Shown here: piece by piece, positions 1 to 12,539 of the stretch
How positions within the stretch are numbered: position 1 is the stretch's first letter
Layout of the letters: every line of letters begins with the position of its first letter
NCBI RefSeq assembly: GCF_022539665.2
Contig: NC_081332.1
Location: forward strand, 7,006,001 to 7,070,000
DNA: 64,000 nt
Source: Daphnia carinata
Lineage: Eukaryota
Direction: 5' to 3'
Notes under the pieces: generated by a model
Told to the model about the DNA's origin: nothing
The model's input: the letters and a program-made list of their open reading frames with translations, nothing else
Databases searched by the model: none
Translations under genes and position numbers: made by a program

Positions 1-364
1 ATAGTAATAGAAGGATACGTGCTGTTTTCGCGTTTTTGGTCTTTTGAATGTTTTTACGCATAGTAGCGCATATGGGGTCATCATGCGTGATGAGTATCAC
101 GGACGCAGCGATTATAATGCACTTTTCTTGTGGTGCGTAATCACAATAAGACTCCGTCGGCAATATTTTGTTATTACTTTCATATTTTTCTGTAACTTCT
201 ATTTTTACGGATAGCTCTTTACAGGGGATACATTGAATCCACAATCGATGCGCATCCCCGTGGAACGTATTTGCCTATGGCGCTCATACAAATGAAGATG
301 TGTGGTTTTATAGGCTAAAGTGGAATACTTTCAAACCTTAATACTTTTCACCTCTAATATATAT

Positions 365-924
365 TGTAACAGTACACTTGGACGCGAACGTCCAATGTAG
401 CAGGGGTCTTTTCTGTTTTTAACGAGATTGGAGCGTTATGGCCACCGGCTAGTCTTGATAGTTACTCTTCGGTCTGAAATTAATTCAATACAGATTCGAA
501 GTTTAACATGTCAGGCCGCCGGGCCTCTACACTATCGACAATCAATGAACCACCGCACACTCACACTCAAACTCACCAAACCAACACTGTCTGAACAAAC
601 ACCAATTGTCACTCTACTAACGAAATGTCGATCGAAAAAAACTAAAAACAATAATTGAATCTTACTCTCTCTGTATCGTTCTTCCCTACTTTTTGTCCTA
701 CCTTTTTTTTTATAAACTTCTCGCCACCAACGCAAAACCCACGATCCCCTGACGCAAGATCGACGACAATCTTGCATCATTCCCGGGATCCTTTTACATT
801 TCCGGATGTTCGTTTTGATTTCGGTTTCTCCCAAGGGTTTAGGGCAACCTTCAAATGACTTTTTTATTTCTAGTTTTATTTTTATTTCCTGATTAACAAA
901 ACTAACATTTTAAATTTCGTTACA
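365..924 (-). repeat. 3' LTR of the Gypsy remnant
   Basis: Inverted termini tgtaac (365) and gttaca (919-924), directly after the PPT. Confidence 0.8.
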
Positions 925-959
925 AAGATTCCCGCCCCACAAAGTGATCGACCCGATCA

Positions 960-2520
960 CTAACAATACTTAGTACATTTTTCATGACTCCGCAGATAGT
1001 AGGGATTATTTTTCAACGTCCTCCTCAATCGACATTTATTTTTGCTCTTACGTTCTGTTGCCTGCCCGAAACTTCTATGAGAACTGGGGTTACTCCGCTC
1101 AGCATCCAGACTTTTCGACGTATCGCTCCGCGATCCGACTGGCCTTTCAGGTCCTTCTCCCCCCGCGAGACCAGACCTATGTCCCATGGACGTCTGCGTA
1201 TTCACGAGCGGGTCCATCGTACCCTCTTGCCGTCGAACCCGACCGCGATCCCCGGTTACAGACACTTCTTTGTTACTATGAAGGCTGACAACAGAACCGG
1301 CTTCCAAGTCATTTCTAATAAAGAACATTTTCATTCGACTAACGTGGACAACATCACATAATCCCTTCTTCCTGCGGCAACTTGTTAAGAGATAATTTAA
1401 ATCGTTCAATTTTTTAACTACCCTGAACGGGCCAAAATACCGACACATAAGTTTTTCAGAACGACCCTTCCGTCGGAGTAGAGTGAAAACTAATACTAAT
1501 TTCCCAGGATCATAGGACATCGGTATACGTCTTTGATTATAATGGTAGCGCTGTTTCGCACGGACGATCGCTAACTTACGGCGCACGTCTTCCTGTAGGG
1601 ACTGTATTTGATTGGCATACCGAAATATCGAAGGGACATCGGGGTGACGGTCAACTTCATTAAAACGATTTTTTAACTCCACGTCTATCGGTAGATTTGC
1701 CTCACGTCCATACAGTAAATAGAAGGGGCTACAACCAATGGAATCCTGGCGGCTGGTATTATACCCGAAAGTCACGTACGATAATATTTGATCCCAATTC
1801 TTTTGGTTAGTGTTGACGTACATTGATAGCATTTGGGCCAGGGTTCGGTTATAGCGCTCCACTAGGCCGTTACACTGTGGATGATAGGCGGTCGTCATGA
1901 TATGCTTACTTTTCAAATCGGAAAATAGCTGTTTGAAAAATTTGGAAGTAAAATATCGCCCCGATCTGTCAACAGTTTCAACGGTACTCCATGTTGTAAG
2001 ACCACGCCCTCGATGAAAAGTTTTGCTATTTCCTCGCTTATTGTTTTGGGAATGGCTTTAACAATAACCCATTTCGTGAAATAGTCTACAACTACGAGGA
2101 TATAACGATTGCCAAAGTCGCTCAACGGGAAAGGCCCTAAAACATCAATTCCCACCATCTCAAAAGGACGGGTGATTGTGATTGATTTTAAGAGTCCTAC
2201 CTCTTTCGTTGGTGGTCGTTTTCTCATCTGACAGTCCACACAGCTCTTCACATGTTTGATAACCATAGACAACATCTTGGGCCAGTAATATCTACACATG
2301 ATTTTGTCTACCGTTCGACCGATTCCCAAATGCCCAGCGGTAATATCTTCATGGCAGGCTGGTAGCACTTTCCTTACCAAGGTCCTGGGTACGCAGAGCT
2401 GTAGTCTCTCCCTCCCCTTTCTGATTGTGCGACGGTATAATAACCAATCCTGAACCGCATACTGTCGTCTTATATTGGCCGCTTTCTCCGGTGTCAGTCC
2501 CTTTTCTAATGCTTGTCTAA
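960..2520 (-). pseudogene. Gypsy integrase, frameshifted near 1915-1940
   Basis: HHCC zinc finger (CHEDITAGHLG...CVDCQ), catalytic core (GIDVLGP, LLTDRG, YHPQCNGLVERYN) and GPF motif (RYFGPFRV). Confidence 0.92.
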
Positions 2521-2881
2521 ATTGTATTGAATTTTAAGAAAGAATAGAAGACATAGCAGAAATGAGGAATAACTACACTTTTATTTAACTTGAACGTGAA
2601 GAGAACTGTTGGAGAACTTGAAGAACACGGGAGAACTTAAGAACTAACTTAGGGCTAAAAATGTATGGGCTTTTATACCCTCGTGAAGGATATACGCCCC
2701 ATATCTAGGGTTTCGTGAATTCTAGGGATAACTATCTGTTACTGATTATCGGCGTGTTGCAACAACTGCAACAACAACAACAAACTTCTTTTCAAGGGAA
2801 GCAGTGTTGCAAGCAATTCAAACGTTGGTTGTCACGTCTTTTCAGAAATGACAACCACGTCACTATTTTCCCCTCGTGACA
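2521..2881 (-). repeat. Truncated LTR of the env-bearing Gypsy family (relative of 36247-36609 / 43787-44141)
   Basis: Aligns by eye with the provirus LTRs (e.g. aattcaaacgttggttgtcacgtctttt...cactattttcccctcgtgaca); followed by ATAT. Confidence 0.88.
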
Positions 2882-3782
2882 ATATTATTAATAAAATTTT
2901 CATCCGTAACTATGTATGATCGTAATTTTTAATTTAGAAAAAAACAATACAAAACAAACATTCAAATATTTTCTTTATTTGTATTAAAGCGCATGAGAGA
3001 CCTTCATAATTATTGCATTTTGATTCTTAGGGGTACAGTTTCCGTGGCTATTGCTACAAATAGTCTCCTGTAATATTACAAGTACTTGGACTTAATCGGC
3101 GCTGTGTTATGTTAACATGTAAATAATAGCCTACCAAGTGATTTCAAACCACTTTTTACTGTTAGAACGTCGATATGGCTTAATTTAGCGCTTGATGATT
3201 AACTATATAGGCATATGGGGAGCGAAAACCAGCCAAGATCGTTCCAGAATCGCGGCTGAAACTTAAGAATTTTTTTAAAAATTCTATCAATGAAAAATAC
3301 TTTACCTGACGTAGGACACTTAATCCACCCTCATCTTTTAAATCGGGAAACTCGTTGTAGTAAAAGTCTCCTCACTATAAAACAAGTTATGTAAAAAAAA
3401 ATAATACAGCATAAACAAGACTAACTGCTAACAACAACGAATTCGTCTGCAAAAAAATCAAAAATTCGTCTGCTAGAAGTGTTTGATTCAGGGTTTGGAA
3501 AACTGAAAAAAAGTCAGTTTTTGCGAGCGCCCAAGAGGGCAGTTTTAGGGCAACTCTAAAAATTTGGGGCAGCCATTGGAACACAAAAAACCAGAGTTGC
3601 TCCGAAAAAAAGTTGCCCCGTCAGTCCATTGGAACATACTTAAGGCAAAAAATTGCCGTAGGTCAACTCTAGGGCACCCATTGGAATTCGCAATAAGTAT
3701 CCCAAAAATCCCGGGAAGGATAGTACAAATTTCTGCGTCAGCAGCCCATGTTATTTTTCTTAGGGGTAAACGAACCAGTGGT

Positions 3783-4322
3783 TAGGGCTCGGCCTCGATC
3801 GTCTTTGATCGGGGCAAACCGCGGTTTTTCATTTAAGAATCGTCAAACCGTCGATTCGGTTTGGCCATTTTTGACTGTGGTTTGGTTTTCGGTTTGCAAC
3901 TTGGCCAACCCGCCATTAAATTTTTTTTTTTTGAAATTTTGCTAAAATTCCAAATCAAATAATTATCACTAATTGTTGTTAGCGTAATGGCGGTCAGCAA
4001 CTTGTTATAAATCAAATTTCCGATCAGCCTTGTAGGCATCGCGATCGAAAATCGGTCGATCTTTTCTCCATCTAGCGACAAAATTTGTTGCTGATGTACT
4101 ATGCAAACCGCAAACCCGTGGTGCAAACCCGTGGTGCAAACCGTGCAAAAACGTGGTGTAAATTACACCGCGGGTACATACTGCAGGTACAAACCGTCAA
4201 ACCGCGGTTCAATCGGTTTGAAAAAAAACAACAAACCGAACCGCACCGGTTTGACCTTCTTTAAAAAAAAAACCGCACGGGTCGGCCAAAATCGTGCCCG
4301 GTCGTCGCGGGGCCGAGCCCTA
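3783..4322. mobile_element. hAT-type MITE
   Basis: TIR TAGGGCTCGGCC / GGCCGAGCCCTA; perfect 8-bp TSD CCAGTGGT (3775-3782, 4323-4330); subterminal aaaccg/cggttt repeats; no coding capacity. Confidence 0.9.
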
Positions 4323-5287
4323 CCAGTGGTATTAATCTATGGCAAAATATTGTGTGTAACCATTATTGATTTATATGGCAGGCGATGTGGTATGCAGCTC
4401 CTCTCCATCACGTAAGTTTACCAACTTGTAAATGTTGGGGAGCCACTTGGTTGGGCCTAATAGCAAAAAGATTTTTTCCTTCACAAAAGTTGGTTAACAT
4501 AGCAAATGAGTATCAGATTTGGGAGTATCTATGTTTATACAGTTGTGGTAGGTGTACTTAAATTAAGAGGTTTATGACAGGAATTCGTTTTTTAAACCAT
4601 ATTGTTTATGACAGTGGATCAATGCTGTTTAATTAACCACTCGGGAGGTTATTTGCCTTTCGAGGTAAACATTACTGACAATTTGAAAATTTGACACTTA
4701 AACTGGATCACTGTAGCTGTTAACAGGTATGCTAATATAGTTGAACTTGCTTATATTAGTGATTAAAAATAACTCTATCGTTTACGTAGACACTCTCAAT
4801 CTATGGACCATCTGTCAGTGTAATTGGCAAAGAGTCAAAGAATATTTTCAGTTACCGAATGAAATTTAAATGCAGATGTAACTCTGAACAACTTTTATTT
4901 TATTAGGGAAAATTGTTTTCCACAACGACTCTCAACGCTACCCCGCAGGTAACACGTTAACAAACGCACGGTTCGATTAATTTCAAGGTTTCTAAACCTC
5001 ATATGCTATTTTTATTTTTCCTTCCTCCATGCTATTGTGAGCAACAATATACTTTTGCTAATGAATATACTTTCTTTACTTTAACTGTTGCGATTTTAAT
5101 AATTATATTCAATTTCAGGAAAAAGTAAACATATATTAGAACTATGTATAGATATCAGCATTGAATGGTTTATGGAAGATGATGAATCATTCTTGGTTAC
5201 GAATGAGTCGGAAATCAGTACAAGTACAGATTAACTTTCTATCATCTGGAGGCGGATGATAAAGCGGATATAGCAAGGGATCATTTG

Positions 5288-5610
5288 TGGTTTAAGGTTT
5301 AAATTTCACAGCTATGGCCGGGAACTCTCCTGCGAACCAACAACGACTATGAAGGGTTACACCACATGTGAAATAAGGTACTAAAATATTACAAACACGA
5401 ATAAATAAGATACTTAGCGTTCTTTTTTCCCAGTTAGCAGGCGGCCTAACTTGCCCTTCTACCAGATGACGATGGTACTCTAGCAACTTTGTGACGACGT
5501 TAAAATTACGAAGAAGCTTTTTTCTCATAACAAGATTAAAGCGCATCGGAAAAATGAAACCCACACCAAGAACTCAATCCTGTTTACGCTCTGGTCTCGC
5601 TAACAAGTGA
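5288..5610 (+). pseudogene. Mutator (MULE)-like transposase C-terminal fragment
   Basis: Manual translation gives W...LWP...RTNNDYEGLH (RTNNxxEGWH-like motif), a short GT..AG intron, then RPNLPFYQM...LFTLW; contains stops. Confidence 0.5.
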
Positions 5611-7864
5611 ATAGAAGAAAGTAATTAAACCTATTAAAAGTAGAAAAATTAACAAAAATTAACAACTTCCTCTTTTTCCAGTTATCCAGCCATGAGCTTC
5701 GAAGTTCCTTCCCGACAGTTGTCCCTGACCACCCTCTAAACCTCAACGATGACAACATCGATGAATTTGATATGTCTTTAAATGATAGTCTTGTTTATTA
5801 AATGAACTTGTATTTGTTTTTTAGTGGTTAACAATCAAAATTTTTCTGTCAATATTAACTAAGCAATAAACAAAGTAAACTTTTACTTCTTGTAAATGAA
5901 ACGAAAGGCATTCTCTTATTTTTGTTCTTTAACAGTGGTTTGTAAGCTGTTTATTGGGATAGGGAACTCCTCTTTTGAACTGTAGTTGTACGCGACGAAA
6001 TCTCTAGCAACGTATGGTATTTTCTAAACACCAACAAAAGACAAAAAATGAATGAAAGAACGAAAAACTTTTATATCCTGAAAATAAAATTTATTTAGAT
6101 TCAATTGCACATACCATACCATTCATAACTGGTTGCTTAGTTGGTTTTCACTCCAACAATAGAATTGGATGTCATGCTTCTGTAAATTGAATTTCGATAA
6201 AGATGAGTACTTGTATCTTGAGATGAAATTCTTGACGTAACTTACGTTTCTTAAGTTATCTTTACATAATAATTTTCTTATTTATCAATTCTTTAAGGAG
6301 CACTTCACCTCCCACACGGAATTCCCAACGAGGAACGAAGAAAAAAGTAAAAAAAAGTGAAAAAGGACATCAAATAATGGATGGTGATGATAGGCCGGAA
6401 AACACCAGTAAGAAAGTGTCAAGTGCAAAAATCCAAATACTGTGTAAGCAAAATTACTTTTCTATTAAATGAGCTCTATAAAGCAATTGATAGAGCATAT
6501 AATCATACGAAAACATATTAATTGAAACAAAAAAGTTATGATGAAGGGACAAGATGGGCTTTTGATAACGCTGTTGAAGTGTAGAAACCAACATAACCCG
6601 TTCAGTTTTCTCCTTAATTAGCGGACAAATAATGTTCGTCTTATAATTTTCTATGTCTTTCTTATAATTTTTGACACCCTTGTTCATCCAATCACTATTT
6701 TGTATTCAGTAGAACAATGTTATATAATACTTATTCTTTCCCCATTTTCTCTATAGTGTATGTCTTTTATAAATTCTCCCTCTCCCAATGCCGTAAAACG
6801 TAATAATATCCCATATCCCAATATTACAGATTAGGTACGTAACCAATTTTAATAACAAGTAATGAAGAATCTGATTTTAGTAGAGTACAATCCATTAGAT
6901 TTTATTTCTCCTAGAGTACAATAGAAGAACTAACACACACACACAAACAAATGAGTAGTAGTATACATTCGAAAAATATAAATGGTAGAAATTAAACCCA
7001 ACAAGTAGCATTTGAGACGCGCCAAAACCGAAAAATTTTCCTAAATAACGATGTAATTTCCTTGTGCTTAATTTCCACTATGAATCTCTTTCCCTTTACA
7101 CCCTCCAAATTCGTAGCTCCAACTCTTTGCATCTTAGATCCCCACTCTTGCACACACTAGTTTTCACTTTCCCTTTCGTTTCCACAATGCAGTGTACGAC
7201 CTTGCGCGGCAAAAACTTATCCGCCGTGGAATTTTGAATCTTCCTTTCTTGTCCACCTCCCTAAACCATGAACTATATTTTCTTTTTTTTTCTCCTTTCG
7301 ATAATTATGTTTATCTTCTTCTCTTTCCAACTATACTAAATTCTATTACAAATAAATTATCCTTCCTCCCGAAAACGCAGTTATATTCCGGTGCCCTATT
7401 CTTACTCCCGTTTTTGGCCATAGCGCAGTTATTGAAAAACCGACGGGAAGTAGTTGACCTTTCGAAAGCCGTAGAATGTTTTTCTCTTTTCCTTTTCCTA
7501 CCTTCCTTCTTTTGAATTTTGATTCTATTTAGTATAAGAAACCCGCATGATGACGTGAAACATTTTATTTTGTTTCTGCCAAATTATATTGTCACGTTTT
7601 ATTTTGTATGTATTGTTTTCTAAATTGTCCCCATTTTATTGAAATGTCGCCTTTCGCCAACCGTTAAAAAATGCTTCTTCATCGGCATATTATGTCTTCT
7701 AGTCCTACTCTACATAGGCATCAGCTATAGTTGCGGCTATGTTTCTTTAAACTCTTCGGGATCACATGCTGTCGCCCACGGACGGTTCAAGACAAACAGC
7801 TTCCGAATTCCTTCCCATGCATCCAGTTTGATTACGGGACGTAATCTCACGCCGCCGGGAGTGG

Positions 7865-8610
7865 TGTAATGAAGCCAAATAGACATCTTCAACATATACT
7901 TCTTCTTCACATCTTTATTAATCATCAAGGGTGAACATATTAATTGCACCACAACATACGCAGCGCGGCTGACCTAGATGAACACCTGCAAGCTGATTCA
8001 CGCAGACGATACGTCACCAATATCACGCCATATTGAACGCGTCTTTTGATTGGTTAACCGCGTGAAGCCTACAAGCTCCTCCCAATCACGCCACTTTACA
8101 AGATGCAAAGTTTCTTGGTTAACCCAGCATCTGAGGAAGATCAGACTGGAACTTGTAGCCGATTCGAGTAGTTGCATGAAAGCATTTCTCTTACTTTATT
8201 AATGTTATTGTGCTTGAAGTTGTGCCTTTTACTTAACATTTATTCGCAGAGTCAGTCCAGTAAAATTGTTTAGACTTAGAATTATTCGCGGCGATTCGAT
8301 TGTCTAGTTCCATTTATTTTGAACTATTGTTTGTGTATCGCTCTCGTGGAAGTTGCGTATCACGTTCGCTTCGTGTCGTTTTTCTTCTCGTTCCCTATAC
8401 GTGTGATCACGGTAAGACCCAATTATATTTGTTTCTTTTAACTTGTTTTTTCATTGTTTCTTCTTCTTCTTTGTCCTTTGTCTTCTTAACTCTTATGTCT
8501 TTGCTTATAATAAACACATACATCATTGTGGGTAAAACGCCTCGAGTTCAATTTACATTTATTGTCTTAATCCGTAAAGTCCACCTTCCCACACGGGAAG
8601 ATGCTTTACA
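7865..8610 (+). repeat. Gypsy-type LTR preceded by a PPT-like tract and followed by a PBS
   Basis: TGTAATG...CTTTACA termini; upstream ccgggagtgg; downstream TGGTGGCAGCGGT. Confidence 0.75.
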
Positions 8611-8613
8611 TTA

Positions 8614-8626
8614 TGGTGGCAGCGGT
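8614..8626 (+). promoter_or_regulatory. Primer binding site, tRNA-Leu type
   Basis: TGGTGGCAGCGGT, 3 nt after the LTR end, complementary to the tRNA-Leu 3' end ...ACCGCUGCCACCA. Confidence 0.7.
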
Positions 8627-8825
8627 TTTTCGAACTCGATCACAATGATGGATGATGTTATTTATGGCGGACATAAGATTTCTCGTACCCTTGTGAACAC
8701 CCCATAATTTCCGTAACGCCAGTAGCAAAAGATCGTGGATTATGCTCGTCGCTTACAAAAATTTAAAACAACAGCATATCCTGGGAAAGAACCGTACAGT
8801 CTTGCAAGCGGGCAATGAAAACCAG

Positions 8826-9570
8826 GGGATAGAGACAGTGGTACCCCCCGTCAAAAGTACCTAGAGGTTTCGACAGACGTACCCCAAAAAACAACAAACC
8901 TACCCCGACAGACCTACCCTTACAGAAAATGGAAAAGCATCTCCCGTCAAAGCTACCCCGACATATTTCCCCAATAAAAAATTTAAAAACACTCCCGTCA
9001 CAGCTACCCCTTTCAAAATTTATTTTTAAAAATCCGTCTTATCTACCTATTTGTTTAACTGAGACCGACAAACCTACCCGTTCGCTGAACACTGATCGAC
9101 ATACTTACCTCTCCGATTAATGCAAGCTGACATATCTAACCCTTCGATTAATACAGTCCGACAGACCTAACCCTTTGATTAATGCAGTCCGACATATCTA
9201 CCCTTTCGATTAATACAGTCCGACAGACCTACCCCTTTGATTAATACAGTCCGACATACCTACCCTTTCGATTAATACAGACCGACATTCGTACTCCTTC
9301 ACTGGAAATTGATCGACACACCTACCCCTGCGGTTAATACACTCCGACACACTACCCCTTCTGTAAAAACAGTCCGACACTCCTACCCCTTCGTTTTAAA
9401 TATCCGACTTACCTACCCCTTCGTTTAATAGAACCCGACGCACCTATCCCTTTGTTACAGGATTTTTTAAAAATGTATTTAGACTGGCTTCAGTCTGCCT
9501 ATGATAAGCAGTATCCATTTTTAATCATCTTTTTGCTCGTAAGATAAGATGAGGAAACAAGATGATTCCG
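8826..9570 (+). repeat. Left long TIR with ~30-bp tandem subrepeats (ccgacanacctacccctt...)
   Basis: Diverged reverse-complement match to 12540-13312; tandem units run ~9060-9455. Confidence 0.88.
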
Positions 9571-9642
9571 CTTACCCTATTGTTTTCATTATTTCATCAG
9601 CTTTAATATTTTTATAATACTATGAAGTAGATTACAAAATAT

Positions 9643-9935
9643 TCTCCCAAGGGGAAAATATTTGACGTGGTTGTTATTTCTTAAAAGACCTGACAACCAA
9701 CGTTTTAATTGCGTAAAGTACAGCTTCTTATGAAAGATGCTGTAACCCGCAGATAAACTAGAAAGATAGTTAAGTCTAAGAATTGTCCCTACCCTAGATA
9801 TGGGGCGTATATCCTTCACGAGGGTATAAAAGGCCATACATTTTTAGCCCTGAGTGAGTTCTCCCTGAGTTTCCTAGTCTCTTCACGTTCCTGCGTTCAA
9901 GTTAAGTAAAAAGCATGGTTATTCTTCATTTATGT
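9643..9935 (+). repeat. Degenerate, truncated LTR of the env-bearing Gypsy family (opposite orientation)
   Basis: Reverse-complement similarity to 36247-36609 (aggggaaaata...gacaaccaacgttt...tggggcgtatatcc...tttttagccct); preceded by ATAT (9639-9642). Confidence 0.8.
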
Positions 9936-10731
9936 TTGCGTCTCGTGTCTTAATTATTTAATGAGTTATTAAATAGACAAAAAAATGAGAAAAGCCTGTA
10001 TTTTTTTGGTTCCTTATCGGTATTTTTTTCCTACGTTATCTTACAATTATTTGCTTATAAATAATGGTAGTACGTAGAGCAGAGGTTTTTTAAATAATGT
10101 TTGAAAGTCAAAATAATTTTACTCATTCAACTTTTAAACACATCAGTTTTCCTCCGAAAACGTTTTTTGGGGCCAAATTGTACAGACGGCATGGGTGATA
10201 TTGGACACGAAATGGGCGTGCAAGGAAGGAGTTAAAGTCAAAGCGCGAAAGTTTAAAATGTTTCAATTTCACGGAACATTTATAATATAGCTAAAGTTTA
10301 TTTATATTTTTTAATCTTAATAAAAAAAATTATTGAAATGTGTTGGCTCCACCTCATCCTATGTCTTCCCTACTAGTAAAATGAAAATATTTCAGAGATA
10401 ACATAAGTCTCTTATTTCATGTAATATCTTATTAAGACATTTAAATTGTTCCCTAATTTAATAGCAATAAGTCCAAATAAAAGTAAAATTTTAAAACAAT
10501 TCATTCTACCTGTTTTGACCCGTCCAAAGTCACCCCGGCTCGGTCTAAACTCACCGCAAAATACAAGTCGTAATAAATTCTAAAAAAATTACATTACATC
10601 GGTGAAAAAATTTAGGTGGTGGAGGAAAAGTTGTAAATTCATTTTTAACAAATTTTGCGAATTTTGCGTAAGTGGGATGGTAAATAATGGGGTAAAACCG
10701 AAACCGTCTCAGATGGGTACGTTCTCCCCTA
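9935..10731 (+). mobile_element. Partial copy of the TA-targeting MITE at 45663-46614
   Basis: Collinear with ~45790-46616; ends agatgggtacgttctcccc-TA; left TIR is missing. Confidence 0.88.
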
Positions 10732-11164
10732 CTGCTGCAACCCATGGGTCGTCGTTGCTTTCATAAAATTAAAAAATTCTCTTTTTCCTTGATTGCATTC
10801 CACCCAATCCTGTTTCCGTGATCGCCAAGTAAAAACTTCGCCACTTTATTTCAACGTACCTATTACCCCACCAGGAGGTTGAACCTTATGTTTGTTTGTC
10901 GAAGAGTATCGTAATCCAGTTTGCTACCTAGTAGCCTACTCTTCAACTGGATCAGTTTACAAAGTTCCTAGACTGTACGATGTCGCATGCTTATGTGTTA
11001 TTAAGTGTTCCGCACAATTTTTTTCGATTTGATCGATTATTAAACACACAACGTTGCTTTTACCCCATTTATTTGCGGAATCTATACCCTATTATTGCCG
11101 AATCCAAATCATTGTGCGTAGCAAGTTCCATCCGGTTGAGTGTAAAACTGACAATATATCGTAG

Positions 11165-12475
11165 TGCCTCTCGCACGATTCAACCTACTTGCTAGTGACC
11201 GAATTCCTTTGAACAGGACACTACCTGATATTTGATAGCCACAGTGCAAAGTGCTCACTTACTATGTCAATGAACTTCCCTCTACTTCAGTTATAATTGT
11301 TTTTCATAATGAGGGATGGAGTACTCTGGTGACAACAGTTCACTCTGTCCTGAATGAATCACCAGTTAAGGTGTTATGGAAGATTATTCTTGTAGATTAT
11401 GCAAACAACAGAATTTTTCTCTGGAAGCTACTGGGTGATCATGTTAGCAAATTACCTGCAACAGTTATGGTTTTACGATCAGGCAAGAGAATTGGCCTGA
11501 TACGAGCTAGACTCATGGGAGCTCGCAAGGCCACTGGCTATGTGCTAAAGTTTCTAGATGTTCACTTCTGCGCAACTACTGTTGGATGGCTTGAGCAACT
11601 TCTATAGCGTATAAAAATAAATCCAAACTCAGCCGTACGTCCAATAATTGACATTATTAGCGATGGCCGCGTTGCCCTCTTACGAAGTTTCGAATTTCAT
11701 CACGGAGGTATGTCCTGCAATCTGCACTTTCGATGGTTTGGTGCATCAGAAGTCTTAATTTCGACGTGGGAACAGGACCATTCCTTTCAGGACTTAAGTG
11801 ATGACAAGCGAACTATTTGCAATTGGCAGTGATTATTTTTGAAAAGATTGGAACATACGACGACCAGATGGATATTTGGGGTGGTCAGAACATTGAAATG
11901 TCTTTATGAATTAGGCAGTGTAGTGGTCGAGTAGAAACGTCCCCATGTAGCCATGCCGCTCACGTATTCCAGAAATCGAGTCCTTACACCTTTCCAGGTG
12001 GGGTAAATCGAAATCCTATATTCAAATCTTATCTCCATAACTCGAGCTGCGCTACTATGCATGGACGAATGGAAAGAATTCTTTTTCAAAATGAACCCTG
12101 AAGCCAATCGTCTTCGTGATGCCTACCCATAGGGTCGTGATGCCATTGTGTGATAGGTTTAAATTCAATGATTTTAATTGGTACTTGAATAACGTTTGGT
12201 CTGAGAACTTTTCCTGTGCACCAGACAGATTTTTTGGAAAGGTCATCATAAAGCAACTGGCAAATGTTTAGAGCGATCGTTTGACGGTGGAGGTGTATCC
12301 CAACCGGTTGGTACGGCGTAAGCTCGTTCCATGCGTTACGCATGGTTTGGTTTCATGCACATTTGTGGTTGCCACATGGATTAATACCAAGAAAGATAGT
12401 CGTATGCATGTCGGTTATATTATGTCCGAGGAATCATTGAATACTTTCCAGTCTGTCTTTGTAACCCCTTCATAG
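11165..12475 (+). pseudogene. Polypeptide N-acetylgalactosaminyltransferase (GALNT/pgant family) pseudogene, intronless and truncated
   Basis: FNLLASDRIPLNRTLPD, LPSTSVIIVFHNEGWSTL, GLIRARLMGA, FLDVH (DxH), PIIDIIS, DIWGGQNIEMS (WGGEN), [15 protein letters not shown] and FNWYLNNVW are collinear; several stops and frameshifts. Confidence 0.93.
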
Positions 12476-12539
12476 CATCATAATATTGTTGAAGCTAATC
12501 AAATAATACAAACAGTGCGGTATCTCACATGGAAATAAT

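Larger units (their letters stand above)
365..2520 (-). mobile_element. 5'-truncated Ty3/Gypsy LTR retrotransposon (integrase + 3' LTR)
   Basis: Integrase ORFs 1913-2380 and 960-1916; PPT (minus strand gtggggcgggaatctt, 925-940) abuts an LTR with TGTAAC...GTTACA termini at 365-924; ATAT flank at 361-364. Confidence 0.9.

Noticed and set aside
3525..3697. Repeated ccattggaa / gggca motifs, a possible MITE end
   Set aside because: Could not define paired TIRs or a TSD.
9060..9455. ~30-bp periodic repeats resembling a CRISPR array (also 12655-13070)
   Set aside because: Units are contiguous and degenerate with no unique spacers, there are no cas genes and the context is eukaryotic; they are TIR subrepeats.
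11251..11607. Functional GALNT gene
   Set aside because: Multiple stops and frameshifts, WGGEN changed to WGGQN, and no TM anchor.
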